From IMG/VR virus record IMGVR_UViG_3300037459_000208, positions 1-59,994 of that record: a stretch of DNA of 59,994 nt. One strand, given 5' to 3'. How positions within the stretch are numbered: position 1 is the first letter of the stretch; every line of letters begins with the position of its first letter. The DNA is from a virus (lineage: Duplodnaviria; Caudoviricetes). The notes beneath the pieces were generated by a model, which made no database searches, was not told the origin of the DNA, and saw only the letters and a list, made by a program, of their open reading frames with translations. Below are positions 17,443-27,500 of this stretch, piece by piece. The position numbers were made by a program, and so were the translations under genes.

Positions 17443-18009
17443 ATGAGAAAGATACTTCTCGGTTTAGACCTGGCAACCAGAACCGGAGTCAGCCGCTTTG
17501 ACGAGGACGGCACTCTCGTGATGACGTGCGCGTGGGACCTGAAGCCCACAAGGCACGAGTCACAAGGGATGCGGTGGGTCAAGTTTGAGGCATCTCTGAG
17601 GCGGTTGGACGAATCTCTTCCCCAGGAGTCCTTCGTTATTTTTTCCTACGAAGAGGTAAGGCGCCACGCCGGGACGAGCGCCGCTCATGTCTACGGCGGC
17701 CTCGTGGCGATTCTTCAGCGGTTTTGCATAGAGAAGAACTACGACTACTTCGGGATCCCGGTCGGGACCATAAAAAAGGCGGCAACCGGCAAGGGTAACG
17801 CGAACAAGCGAGCCGTCTTAGACGCAGCGCGCGCCCGGTGGGGCGACCTGATACCCGAGGGAGATTTCGACATAGCTGATGCTGCCTGGGTCGGACAGAC
17901 GGCATGGAACGAGCTGTACCCGTGCGCCGCCAAGCCGAAAGCGGCGCAAGGGGAGATTTTCAATGCTCAATCCAGTCCATTGCCTGAAAGGGTCGTTACC
18001 AGTGCTTGA
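17443..18009 (+). CDS. RuvC-like Holliday junction resolvase
   Basis: LLGLDLATRTG, YEEV, IKKAATGKGNANK, DIADA. Confidence 0.9.
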   Translation: MRKILLGLDLATRTGVSRFDEDGTLVMTCAWDLKPTRHESQGMRWVKFEASLRRLDESLPQESFVIFSYEEVRRHAGTSAAHVYGGLVAILQRFCIEKNYDYFGIPVGTIKKAATGKGNANKRAVLDAARARWGDLIPEGDFDIADAAWVGQTAWNELYPCAAKPKAAQGEIFNAQSSPLPERVVTSA

Positions 18010-18452
18010 CAGGACAGTTAGTAGGACCGGCTTCAGGAGGGCGATCCGCCGTCCTGGATCGTCTGCCTACTTCTGTCGCGCCTCGAATTCATGGACACCG
18101 AATGAGAGAGCTTGAGGACCACTCCCTGATTGACGATGCCGCGTGGACCGCTCATCACCGCGCGGACTTGCGGTTGGACCTAGACGTCGAGCCAGCCGAA
18201 TGGGTGCGCTACGTCGATGGACTGACAAGCGATGCAAAGGGCTTTTGGCACGGCCTCACGGGCGCCCTCTCAGAGCGCGTGGGAGCCGACGATGCCTCGT
18301 GGCAGGAGATGATAGCGGTCCACGATCCGGCGCCGGCCGAGTGTGTGGGGGATACCTCCCATGATTTTTTCTACCTCATGGAGTGGCCGGGGGATTCGCC
18401 CAGGGTCCGCGCAAGGAAGCGGGGCTGCTACCAAAGGGCCATGGGCCGATGA
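18006..18452 (+). CDS. Hypothetical protein (start uncertain)
   Basis: Fills the gap; its stop overlaps the MTase start. Confidence 0.55.
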   Translation: MTGQLVGPASGGRSAVLDRLPTSVAPRIHGHRMRELEDHSLIDDAAWTAHHRADLRLDLDVEPAEWVRYVDGLTSDAKGFWHGLTGALSERVGADDASWQEMIAVHDPAPAECVGDTSHDFFYLMEWPGDSPRVRARKRGCYQRAMGR

Positions 18453-19939
18453 GCGCCATCGACTGGCGCGTCGGCGATCTCCCGGAGGCGCTCGCCGACT
18501 TCGACGACAACACCTTCCACGCGTGCCTCTGCGATCCTCCCTACGGCTTAAGCGACCCGCCGCCGCCTGATCTTCTTCTCAAATGGCTTGCCGGCGAGGA
18601 CGTCGAGCACGGAGCGGGATTTCTTTCCAGAAAATGGGATAGCCTGCCGCCGCCTCCGTCCTTCTGGAGCGAGCTCTACCGCGTCCTCCGGCCCGGCGCG
18701 ATCGTGATGGCGTTCAGCCACTCCCGGACGTCCGACATGCAGACCATGGCGATGAGGATGGCCGGGTTCGAGATCCTGCCCGCCTTCGCTTGGCTTCATG
18801 CCGAGGCGCAAGCCCTCGGCGCCGACGTCGGGAAGCTCATCGACAAGGCGGCGGGGGCACAGCGGGAAGTCGTAGGAACGAAGGCGGGGCAGCCTGGATA
18901 CTCGCTCTCCGACGACTCCGGGAGCGGTTTGACGATCGGTCAAGGGCGGAGCGGGACAGGATCGGGAGATCCCGTGGCCGAATGCTCCATCACTGCCCCC
19001 GCAACGCCCCTCGCCCAGCTCTTCCACGGCCACCACAGCCGGCTGAGGACCAACTACGAGCCAATCTGCGTCGGCATGAAGCCTCTTGACGGAACGCTCG
19101 CGGAGAACGCTGCCAGGTGGGGATGTGCGGTCTTCGACGCCGAGGCGGGGCGCATTCCGACGGTGAGCGCCGAGGACGACGCGATGCTCCATTCAAAACA
19201 CCTCGAGGCGTCAGTGAATGCGCTAGGAAAAAGCTGGCTCCAGTCCGGATCTCGCGGGGGAGAGCGCGCCAACGGCTACAGCCCGGCCGGTCGCTTCCCG
19301 AGCTCGGTCCTGATAGAGCACCACTTCGACTGTCAGGACGGCGCGTGCGTCCGCGGGTGCCCCGCCGCCGTCCTCGCGGACCAGGGGGGAGAGCTTAGAA
19401 GCGGATGGACGAACGGGGGAAAGGCGGGAGCTCTGTGTTACGGGGGACGGACGGAGTACTTGCCGTATCTCCGTCTGGATCAGGGCGGTACCGCCGACCG
19501 CTTTTTCTTCCAATCCCGCCCCGTCAGGAAGGAGCGCTCCGCCGGCTGCGAGCGCATGCCCTGGGAGCGGGCGCCGGACCACCCGGACGGGTGGCGCATC
19601 GTCGACCGTGAGCGCTTCGACGACCTGCAGGAACGCGACCGCTTCGAGGGCAACCCACACCCGGCCCTCAAGTCCCTCGAGCTGACGCGCTACCTGTCCA
19701 AGCTCTTGAGGCAACCGGGAGAGGCGCGGATCGTAGTCCCGTTCTCCGGCAGCGGCTCGGAGGGCATCGGCAGCATGCTCGCGGGATGGGAAGAGATCGT
19801 GGCGTTCGAGCTGTCCGAGCAGATGGTCGAGGTGTCCCGCCGGCGCGAGGCGTTCTGGAGAGGAATTATGGACTCCGGGACCGAGGGCAGCGTGAAGGAG
19901 CTCGGCCAGCATCACCCTGAGCAGATGGGCCTATGGTGA
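18449..19939 (+). CDS. DNA N6-adenine/N4-cytosine methyltransferase (beta class)
   Basis: N-terminal DPPY, HPALKS, C-terminal PFSGSGS. Confidence 0.93.
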   Translation: MSAIDWRVGDLPEALADFDDNTFHACLCDPPYGLSDPPPPDLLLKWLAGEDVEHGAGFLSRKWDSLPPPPSFWSELYRVLRPGAIVMAFSHSRTSDMQTMAMRMAGFEILPAFAWLHAEAQALGADVGKLIDKAAGAQREVVGTKAGQPGYSLSDDSGSGLTIGQGRSGTGSGDPVAECSITAPATPLAQLFHGHHSRLRTNYEPICVGMKPLDGTLAENAARWGCAVFDAEAGRIPTVSAEDDAMLHSKHLEASVNALGKSWLQSGSRGGERANGYSPAGRFPSSVLIEHHFDCQDGACVRGCPAAVLADQGGELRSGWTNGGKAGALCYGGRTEYLPYLRLDQGGTADRFFFQSRPVRKERSAGCERMPWERAPDHPDGWRIVDRERFDDLQERDRFEGNPHPALKSLELTRYLSKLLRQPGEARIVVPFSGSGSEGIGSMLAGWEEIVAFELSEQMVEVSRRREAFWRGIMDSGTEGSVKELGQHHPEQMGLW

Positions 19940-20122
19940 CATGGAGACCTCGGGGCCGTCCTTCTTCTCTATGGCCTTCACCAGGGCTTCGTGGCGCTCC
20001 ACCACGCCGTCGAGCTTCCGGCGGAGCTCGTTGGCCCTGTCGAGGTGCTGGTCGGCCAACTCCTGGAGGGTGGAAAGGGAGTAGTCGTCGAGGTCGCCGA
20101 GCGGGTAAATCGGGACCCTCAT
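19931..20122 (-). CDS. Small coiled-coil protein
   Basis: ATGA coupling; helical composition. Confidence 0.6.
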   Translation of the reverse strand: MRVPIYPLGDLDDYSLSTLQELADQHLDRANELRRKLDGVVERHEALVKAIEKKDGPEVSMSP

Positions 20123-20403
20123 GACGCGGGCTCTGGGGGTCGTTCGTCTTCGGCTTGGGCCGCGGTCTTCTTGATGATCGGACCGAGGAGCGCCATGCAC
20201 AGACTCCCGAGGTCAGATTCGTCCATCACTGAACTCTTCACCTGGAGCGCTGCAAGCCGAACGAGGGCCGCGGTTCCCCGCCGGCCGATTTGGTCCATCG
20301 CGTCTGCGCAGATTCCCATATCGGAGAACAGCTCGGCCGGATTCTTAGTCAACCAGATCGCTCGCGCGGCCTTCTCTTTGTCCGTCTTCGGCGTGGTGCT
20401 CAT
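20119..20403 (-). CDS. Hypothetical protein
   Basis: GGAGG RBS before ATG 20403. Confidence 0.65.
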   Translation of the reverse strand: MSTTPKTDKEKAARAIWLTKNPAELFSDMGICADAMDQIGRRGTAALVRLAALQVKSSVMDESDLGSLCMALLGPIIKKTAAQAEDERPPEPAS

Positions 20404-20468
20404 GACCGCCTCCTCCAGGTCCCGAACGCCACCGCGTCGGCGCGCATCCGTTGCGCCCGCTTGCCGTT

Positions 20469-20687
20469 TCATATGCCCATTTCCTCCAGCGCCAGGCTGA
20501 TCACTGCGCGGGCCGTTTCCGCGTGCATCGTGTTGTCTGGTTCGAGAAGGGGCGCGGCAGACTGTCGAAGACCACAGACATCGGGAACTAACCGTGTCTC
20601 GGTTTGTGCGGCGTGAAAAAGAGAGGATTTGTCCCTTGCGCCGAGAAGTTCCCAACTGAGGCGGACGACACTCAAGAGGACGGTCAT
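20469..20687 (-). CDS. Hypothetical protein
   Basis: GGAGG RBS; ATGA coupling. Confidence 0.6.
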   Translation of the reverse strand: MTVLLSVVRLSWELLGARDKSSLFHAAQTETRLVPDVCGLRQSAAPLLEPDNTMHAETARAVISLALEEMGI

Positions 20688-21133
20688 GAGATTTCCTCCA
20701 ACGGCGCAAGCCACCGGTCGCGCTCCGCCTCGAGGCCAGCCTGGTAGTCGGTCAGTCCTTGTCGAACCTCACCGACGGGGTTCGCCTTAGAAACGGCGCC
20801 CTTCGCCTGGCGGACCAGGGCCGCCGTGGCGCCGGTGACGGGCCGGAGATAGCCGTAGGTGCCCTGGGCACACCAGAGGATCGCCAGCGCCAGCGCGGCG
20901 GCAACCGGCAGAACTCGTCCGGTGGCGGTAACCCGGTAACGCAACGCCGCGCCCGGATTAGACCGCCAATTGGCGACGAGGCCTTCGTCGACGAGCTGGC
21001 GAAGCGCCTTGTAGGTTGAACTCCGCGGGGCTCGGACGTCGAAGACAATCGACCGTGCCTTGCGTCCCGCTTCGGCGAGGGCGCCCTGGTCGGAGGCGAG
21101 GAGGGAGAGGATTTTTTGACTCAAGAGGTTCAT
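20684..21133 (-). CDS. Winged-helix protein with a following hydrophobic helix
   Basis: RSSTYKALRQLVDEGLV...YRVTATG then VLPVAAALALAILWC. Confidence 0.75.
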   Translation of the reverse strand: MNLLSQKILSLLASDQGALAEAGRKARSIVFDVRAPRSSTYKALRQLVDEGLVANWRSNPGAALRYRVTATGRVLPVAAALALAILWCAQGTYGYLRPVTGATAALVRQAKGAVSKANPVGEVRQGLTDYQAGLEAERDRWLAPLEEIS

Positions 21134-21162
21134 GGTGTTTCTCCGGTGTTTTGGTGGCGGGA

Positions 21163-21318
21163 TCAGACCTTCTTGCGGGTGTCCGGGTTAGCTTCAAGGG
21201 CGGCGTATCGGGCGCGGCGGATGGCCATCCCGCGGAGGAGCTGGGCGCGTTGCTCTTGCTCGTCTCCCTCGGCTTTGATCTTGGCGGCGGTGGTGTTTCT
21301 GGCTTGAAGGGTCATCAT
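21163..21318 (-). CDS. 51-aa putative early protein
   Basis: MMTLQARNTTAAKIKAEGDEQEQRAQLLRG...; first ORF after a strong promoter. Confidence 0.55.
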   Translation of the reverse strand: MMTLQARNTTAAKIKAEGDEQEQRAQLLRGMAIRRARYAALEANPDTRKKV

Positions 21319-21340
21319 GGTCTTGTTCTCTGGTTGGTTG

Positions 21341-21397
21341 CGGGCTTTCCCGTCCAGTAGAGATAAACTACCTGATCAAGATCGCGATGTCAAGGGG
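21341..21397 (-). promoter_or_regulatory. Strong leftward promoter (homologous to 22140-22199)
   Basis: TTGACA-17-TAGTTT then ATCTCTACTGGACGGGAAA. Confidence 0.75.
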
Positions 21398-21445
21398 TGG
21401 GTAGAGATTCTTGACTTTATCTCGAAATTCCCGTATGGTTTGGCC

Positions 21446-21715
21446 ATGGACAGCACAGAACCAACCACGTCAACGCCCCGCGCCCAGGTCTCGGCGCTCG
21501 TAGCCGACCTCATTATGGGCAGCTCGCCGCTCAAGGTGGCCCTCGATCTCTGGAAGTCCCACCACGGCCTGACCTACGAGGGAGTCTCGATCCTTCTGGA
21601 CCGCAAAAAAGGGTCTGTCTCCGCATGGACGAAGAGACCCGAAAAGCTGCAACCCCTTGGTCGGGACATCTCCGATCTCATCGGATACGAGCAGAGGCCC
21701 GGTGGAGCAGCTTAG
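21446..21715 (+). CDS. Cro/XRE-like HTH regulator
   Basis: HGLTYEGVSILLDRKKGSVSAW; leaderless promoter TTGACT-17-TATGGT at 21411-21439. Confidence 0.7.
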   Translation: MDSTEPTTSTPRAQVSALVADLIMGSSPLKVALDLWKSHHGLTYEGVSILLDRKKGSVSAWTKRPEKLQPLGRDISDLIGYEQRPGGAA

Positions 21716-22115
21716 CCTCCCTGGATTCGGCGGGAACCGGATTATCCGAACGGCGGACCTGTGGCGCCATGTGGTCGTGACCGAGGCGGGCTGCTGGGAA
21801 TGGTCCGGGACTAGAAACAATGCCGGGTATGGGATCGTTTCCGGCGGCGAGGTTCTTGTCGCCCATCGCTTGGCCTATCTCCTGAGCCGAGGAGTCGACC
21901 CTGGACCACTCCTTGTTTGCCACCGGTGCGACAACCCCCCCTGCTGCAACCCGGACCACCTCTTTCTCGGCACCCACGCGGACAATCACCGGGATGCCCA
22001 GATCAAGGGACGATCCAGCCCATACGGGCACAAGGTGAAGAGCAGGAGACCATTCGTCGTCGGCATCGCCGAGTACATAGCAGCCCTCGATCATGCCGAC
22101 GACGTATCGATCTGA
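21702..22115 (+). CDS. HNH endonuclease
   Basis: CWEWSG...GYG...AHRLAY...VCHRCDNPPCCNPDHLFLGTHADN..D. Confidence 0.95.
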   Translation: MEQLSLPGFGGNRIIRTADLWRHVVVTEAGCWEWSGTRNNAGYGIVSGGEVLVAHRLAYLLSRGVDPGPLLVCHRCDNPPCCNPDHLFLGTHADNHRDAQIKGRSSPYGHKVKSRRPFVVGIAEYIAALDHADDVSI

Positions 22116-22139
22116 GAAATATTAGAGTTTCTCCAGATT

Positions 22140-22199
22140 CCCCTTGACTTGTTCGAGTCGGTTCGGTAGATTGTCTCTACCGGCTGGGAAACAACCCGG
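22140..22199 (+). promoter_or_regulatory. Strong rightward promoter
   Basis: TTGACT-17-TAGATT then GTCTCTACCGGCTGGGAAA. Confidence 0.75.
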
Positions 22200-22241
22200 T
22201 CGCGTCCGCAAGGGAGCGGGCGAAACAACCGGAGAAAGAAC

Positions 22242-22502
22242 ATGCAGACCTCGACCAGCTACACCGTCCGCCCGTCCTACTGCACCGGAAATAACGAAGA
22301 ATTCGATCTGTCGGCCGACGATCTCAGGACGTTCTTGATCTCAGAATTGGACGAAGCGACCGAACCCGGCGACGAGAGGCTGGATCCGGACCTTCGACTT
22401 GCCGAAGTCCTGGCCCTCGGGGATGACTTCGATGACTTCATCCGCTTCGACGTTACGAGGCCGGGGTGCCTGCAAAGCACGCTTGGCGTTTCCCCCGCGT
22501 GA
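22242..22502 (+). CDS. Acidic hypothetical protein, putative early gene
   Basis: GGAG RBS; follows the promoter. Confidence 0.7.
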   Translation: MQTSTSYTVRPSYCTGNNEEFDLSADDLRTFLISELDEATEPGDERLDPDLRLAEVLALGDDFDDFIRFDVTRPGCLQSTLGVSPA

Positions 22503-22571
22503 ACCCGACCAACCGTTTTAACCGGGCGTTCCCTCCGACGAACCGACCAACCGACCAACCAGGAGACCACC

Positions 22572-22943
22572 ATGACGACCAAAATAAGCCGCCTCGATAG
22601 CGCCCTCTCCGAGATTATGGATTCCTACGCCAACACCATAGACCAAGACGAGCGCGTCAAGAAGTTGAGCATTGTGCATTCGGCTCATCGCGCCCTGACC
22701 GCCGAGATAGAAGCAGCGGCGGCAAAGGAGGAGGCAGCCTTTCGTTTATCGGCCGCGGCCCAGGATCATCGCCGCACCTGCGACGAAATGCGGTCGAAGA
22801 TTGAGGGGATTGCCAAGTCGCTTTCTTGGGGACCGGCCGATCCGACCAGGAGTTACCTGGTAACGGCCATGGGGGTGGCATATGAAGAGATGAAAAGCTC
22901 ACTATCGTTGCTGCTCTTGGCGGAGGAGGAAGAGGAATCATGA
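22572..22943 (+). CDS. Helical hypothetical protein
   Basis: AGGAG RBS. Confidence 0.75.
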   Translation: MTTKISRLDSALSEIMDSYANTIDQDERVKKLSIVHSAHRALTAEIEAAAAKEEAAFRLSAAAQDHRRTCDEMRSKIEGIAKSLSWGPADPTRSYLVTAMGVAYEEMKSSLSLLLLAEEEEES

Positions 22944-23770
22944 TCACCAGACCGAAGCACCCCGGCGACGACCACGACGAAAGCAGCGGCACGGCCGCCG
23001 TGCTCGGCAAGCAAAGCGACGTGGCGAGATACCCTACCGAAAGAGAGCTCGAGATCGAGCAATCGAACAATGAGTCGGCGGAGCACCACGCCGACCTTTC
23101 CGAGGCCGTCGACTTCAAAGCGACCAAGCGCCGGGAGCTCGCCGCTCAAGCCGCTGGCGCCAGGCCAGGTAGGACCGACCACCCCGAGGACGGAGCGACC
23201 GAAAATGCCAGATGCGACCACGGTCGTCTCCTCACCGAGGTTTGCGGAATGTGCTTGGCTAGTGAGGATCGGCCTATACCACCTCTTGACACGAGAGGCG
23301 CGTGGAACCAGTTGAAAGCCGAGCCCACCACTCTCCGCCCGGACACTCCGCCCGTGGCTCTCTTCCCCCACGAGACCTTGCTCGCCGCCCAGAGGGAGGC
23401 GGGTCCGCTCAACGCAGTCGCCAGGGGGACGGACGGGCTCTACCGGGCTCTCACCGTCCCAAGGAAGGAATGGACCGACATGAGCGTGGGCGACCAGGCC
23501 GGGTGGTGCGCGGCGCACGGCTTCGACCTGGACGATGAATCCCAGTGCCCATTTTGCGCCTCGGTCTTGACCGCAGGCGGGGTCACCCCTCCGAAAGCCC
23601 CCCGGAAGCCAGGGCAGGCTTACGGAGCCTACGCGGTATTCTGCGATTATTGCGGATTCTGCGGTCCGTACGTTTCGGACGAATGGTCTTCGAGTGGCAT
23701 TGAGAGAGCTTGGACTCTCTATCGGGGAGCGATACGAAGCGCCAAGGGTAGGTGGAGGGAGATGACCTGA
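22940..23770 (+). CDS. Protein with C-terminal Lar-like zinc ribbon
   Basis: CPFC...YAVFCDYCGFCGP...IERAW. Confidence 0.65.
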   Translation: MITRPKHPGDDHDESSGTAAVLGKQSDVARYPTERELEIEQSNNESAEHHADLSEAVDFKATKRRELAAQAAGARPGRTDHPEDGATENARCDHGRLLTEVCGMCLASEDRPIPPLDTRGAWNQLKAEPTTLRPDTPPVALFPHETLLAAQREAGPLNAVARGTDGLYRALTVPRKEWTDMSVGDQAGWCAAHGFDLDDESQCPFCASVLTAGGVTPPKAPRKPGQAYGAYAVFCDYCGFCGPYVSDEWSSSGIERAWTLYRGAIRSAKGRWREMT

Positions 23771-23773
23771 AGT

Positions 23774-23965
23774 TCACCCCGACGAGCTCCCCCGGCCCTC
23801 AACGGACGATTCGTCTTCCGGCTCCCAGGGGTCCCCAGCGTAGAGCTCGGCCGCTTCCGCGGCAGCCTGGCGCCATTCCTCGAAGGTTCCCTTGAAGACG
23901 CCGTCGAGCTTGGCCGTCAGGTAGGCCGCCAGGACTTCCGTGTCGACATAGTAGATCGTTCCCAT
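23774..23965 (-). CDS. Small acidic protein
   Basis: Extended -10 CGTGGTATCTG 6 nt before the ATG. Confidence 0.6.
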   Translation of the reverse strand: MGTIYYVDTEVLAAYLTAKLDGVFKGTFEEWRQAAAEAAELYAGDPWEPEDESSVEGRGSSSG

Positions 23966-24350
23966 GGCGACCAGATACCACGGGAAGCTTTCTTTTCATT
24001 ACGGCCAATGGAGAACTGGTGTCTACTAGGTCGAGCACGGAAGCCGGGACGTCGTCGCGAAAAGGAGTTTCTTTTACGTCACGATGTCGCCCGGACGCGG
24101 ATGAGACCAGCCCTCCGAACAACCCCCCACCCTAGGCGGGATCTTCGATACTCGAATTCGGGCGGCTTGGGATCCGGTGGCCACGGCAGAACTCGAAACA
24201 GAGCCTGGTCGGCCTCCTTCACGAGCCGATCCAGGGTCGCTTGCTGTTCCGAGGTTAAATCGATCACCTCGCCCACCACCAGAAAAGTGCCAGCGCCGCG
24301 ACGCCGTACATGAAGCAGAGGAGGATTTTGTCGATCAGTGGGAAGCACTC

Positions 24351-24405
24351 GGGGCTGCCTCGGGGCTGCCTTGGGGCTGCCTTGGGGCTGCCTTGGGGCT
24401 GCCTT
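24351..24405. repeat. Tandem repeat 5 x GGGGCTGCCT(T/C)
   Basis: Directly visible 11-bp units. Confidence 0.95.
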
Positions 24406-24594
24406 GGGGGCCGTCCCCCAATTCCGGATGCCTGAGCCTTTCGCGCGCATACCTCCTGTCGGCCGATGTCACCAGGAGGCTATTTGGTAAAGGATCGGTG
24501 AGATTCGAGTGCCTTCTTGCCGTGTCCATGCTCCACAGTTTACCAGAAACCGCGATGAATGAAGCCCGCGCGGCCAAGTCATCGTGGGACACGT

Positions 24595-27500
24595 TCAGCG
24601 GGCCTCATCCCCTTCCCCCTCCGTGTGCTCCGCCGTCTCCTGGTTCGCCCCAAGGTTCATCCGCGCCACCCTAAGGGCGGCATCCGCCTGGTCCGCTTCC
24701 ATGTTGGCGATGTCCACCCTCGTGGCCCCCTGGGACTTGATCATCCTGGCCATTTCGGCCACCTGAGCCTTGAGGGATCGCACCTCGGAGACCAGGTCGG
24801 AGCTGTCGCCCCCGGCTGGGGCCACAGGGGCCAGGAACTGGCCGGCGTCGAAACTGACGGTGTCGGCGGGGCTCAGGACCCTCTCGTCGCGCCTCAAGAG
24901 CGCCAGGCCGGTCGACCGGGCGATCCCTCCGGAGTGGAACGTCTGAAGTCCGGAGAGGATCGAGCTCATGGTCCGAAGCTCACCCTGGACGCTGCCGGGT
25001 CCCGTGTTGCGACCGGTGAAGTCCAGCCCTTTGGTCATCTTTGCCTGGATTGAGCCGCCGACGCGGAGGGCGTCCTTCATCGTCCGGAGCTTGTCGATCA
25101 TGGCGGAATTCTCGTTCGTCAGAGCGGCCTCGGTGCCAGCGGTGCCGGCAATGATCGGCTGAAGCGCCGCGACGATCTCGGCGAAGTTTTCAGCCCCAAG
25201 CTGCTGGACGATCGGACCGGCGGGCCCCAGCGCTGCGACGATCTCGCCGAAGTCGAGGTCGGAGAGGTCGATCCCGCTCAGCTGATCAACGAAACCACCG
25301 AAGTCGAGACCGGCCGCGTCGAGCGAGTTGACCAGGTCGGCGAAGGGAAGGGCTCCGATCGCTTCGACGACGTCCGCAAAGATGTCCGCCCCGAGGACGT
25401 CCACGAGGTCGGAGATGGTGGCCTCGACCTGCAATTGGGTGCCGTTGAGGTTCTCCATGAGGGTTGCCAGAAGGTCCGCATCTATGATCCCGCCGCCGAG
25501 GGTCGCGATGCTGGTCTCAAGAGACGAGAACGAGGCAGCCGATGACGCCGCCGTCGGCTGCGCCGCCGTCGTCAGCTCAATCTCCGCCAGGGATGCCGCC
25601 TGAGCCTCCAGAATCTGCCGGTCGGTGGTGACGAGGATGTCGGCGGCCTCGACCTGCTCCAGGGTCGCGAGGATGGCGTCAAGGATCGGCTGTGTACCTG
25701 GTCCGGCCCCGAAGCGCTCGATCGTCTCGGTCCTGAACGCTTGCGACGCATCAGCCAGAGCTTCAAGCGCTTCGGCCCTTTGAGCGTTCGTCAAGGACTC
25801 GTCAAGCGCCGTCGCGGCGAGCTCCTCGAATCGCGCCTGGGCTTCGTCGAAGACGACCTTGTTGGACGGCGCCGTGAGATTCCTCAGAGCCTCGATTTCC
25901 TGGCGGATTCCGACCTTCAGATTCTCCTCGATCGCGTCCGACGCGAGGACGAGCCGGTCACCGGCATCGGCGAGAGCATCGGCGCCAGCTCCGACGATCA
26001 TCAGGCCAGCGACGACGTCGACGAAGCGCTCCTCGACGTCGTCGAGGGCGGCGGCGGAGGCGTTTAGAGCTTCGGCCGGACCGATCGCGTCGAGCGCCGT
26101 CTTGACGAACTCCGCCCGGGCGACCGCGAACGCGTCCGAGACCTTTGAGAGATCGAATCCGGCGCGGCTGGCCTTATCGCTGACGTCCTTGAGCTGCTGG
26201 GCCAGGGTTGCGGCCGACGACGCCGTCGGGCCGAGGCGCGCGCGCCTGAAGCCCTCAAGGATCCCTTCTATGTCCCTCCGGGCAGCCGACAGGTCGCTCG
26301 CCGAGGACCTCGCCGACCGCGTTCCGGTCCTTCCCCCGGGCACCGTGCCGGGGCCTCTCGTCGGATCCGTTGCCGTCGGTCGGCTCAATCGGGCAATGGT
26401 GTCGTCGATGAGCCGGCCCAGTGATCTCGACAGGGCTCCGGCCGCTTCCAGCATTTGGCGCGCCAGGATGAGCTCGGCTGTTTTGAGGGCTATGGCGATC
26501 TTTCCTTGCCGCGCGGCGATTCTGGCAGCTTCTGCGGTGTCTCCAACCCGCTCCGCCTCCGACCTCGCGAGGGCGAGTAGGGGACCAAGGACTTGATCCC
26601 GGACGGTCCTGCCGATTTGGCCAAGGCTCAATCCGAGCTTGTCCGCATTCTTGACGAGGAAGTTGATCGTCTTCACGGTCTCTTTGCCGGTCTCGTTGAG
26701 CTTGCTCAGAGCCCCACCGAGTCCCTTCAGGGCCGCCTTCCCGAGCGCTTCGAACTCTCGTCGCGTCGTCTCGCGGATGTTTTTCTTCGCCTCGCGGGCT
26801 GCGTCCGGGGAGAGATCCTCCCGGATTTTGACGTCCTCGATAGCTGCCGTCCGACGCTGGCCGATGTCTCTGACGGCGCCCTCGAGGTCGGAGGCGCGGA
26901 ACTGCGCGGCAGTGGTCTCCCAGGCGTCTCCCAGGGCCAGGAGATCGACGTCGGCCATGAGGCGGAGGCCCTCGGCGACCCCTTGGGTCCCGATCCCGGC
27001 CTCGGCGGCGAGATCGCGGAACTCTTCCACCCGGTCGTTCCAGGCTTGCTGCTCGGCAGACGTGGCGCTCAATTCCTGGCGGAATCCGAGCATCGCCTCG
27101 GCGAAGGACTCGGCGGCCGCCTCCGCCTCTCTTCTTGCCTCCTGGCGACGGCCACGGCCACCGCCCCGCTGTCCAGCAAGACCGCCGCCGGCCAACAGCT
27201 TTGCGAGCGCCTTATCCGCATCCGCCACGACCGCTTCGAAGAGAGCACGCGTCGCCCCGACCAGTAGCCCCTCAACTGCCAGAAGTTCTCGGGCGGCCTG
27301 GATTTGTTGAAAGAGAGCAAGCTGAGCATCAAGGGCGGCAAACTTTTGCAACTCGGCAGCCCCTACCTGAGCTCCCAAGACTTCCTGGGTCAGACTGATC
27401 AAACTTTTGCCCAGGCCCGACGCGGCCCCTTTCGCGGCTGCTTCGATCAAGGCCGGATCGATCGCAGCCGGGATGTCTTCGAGCGCTGCTGCGACCAGAA

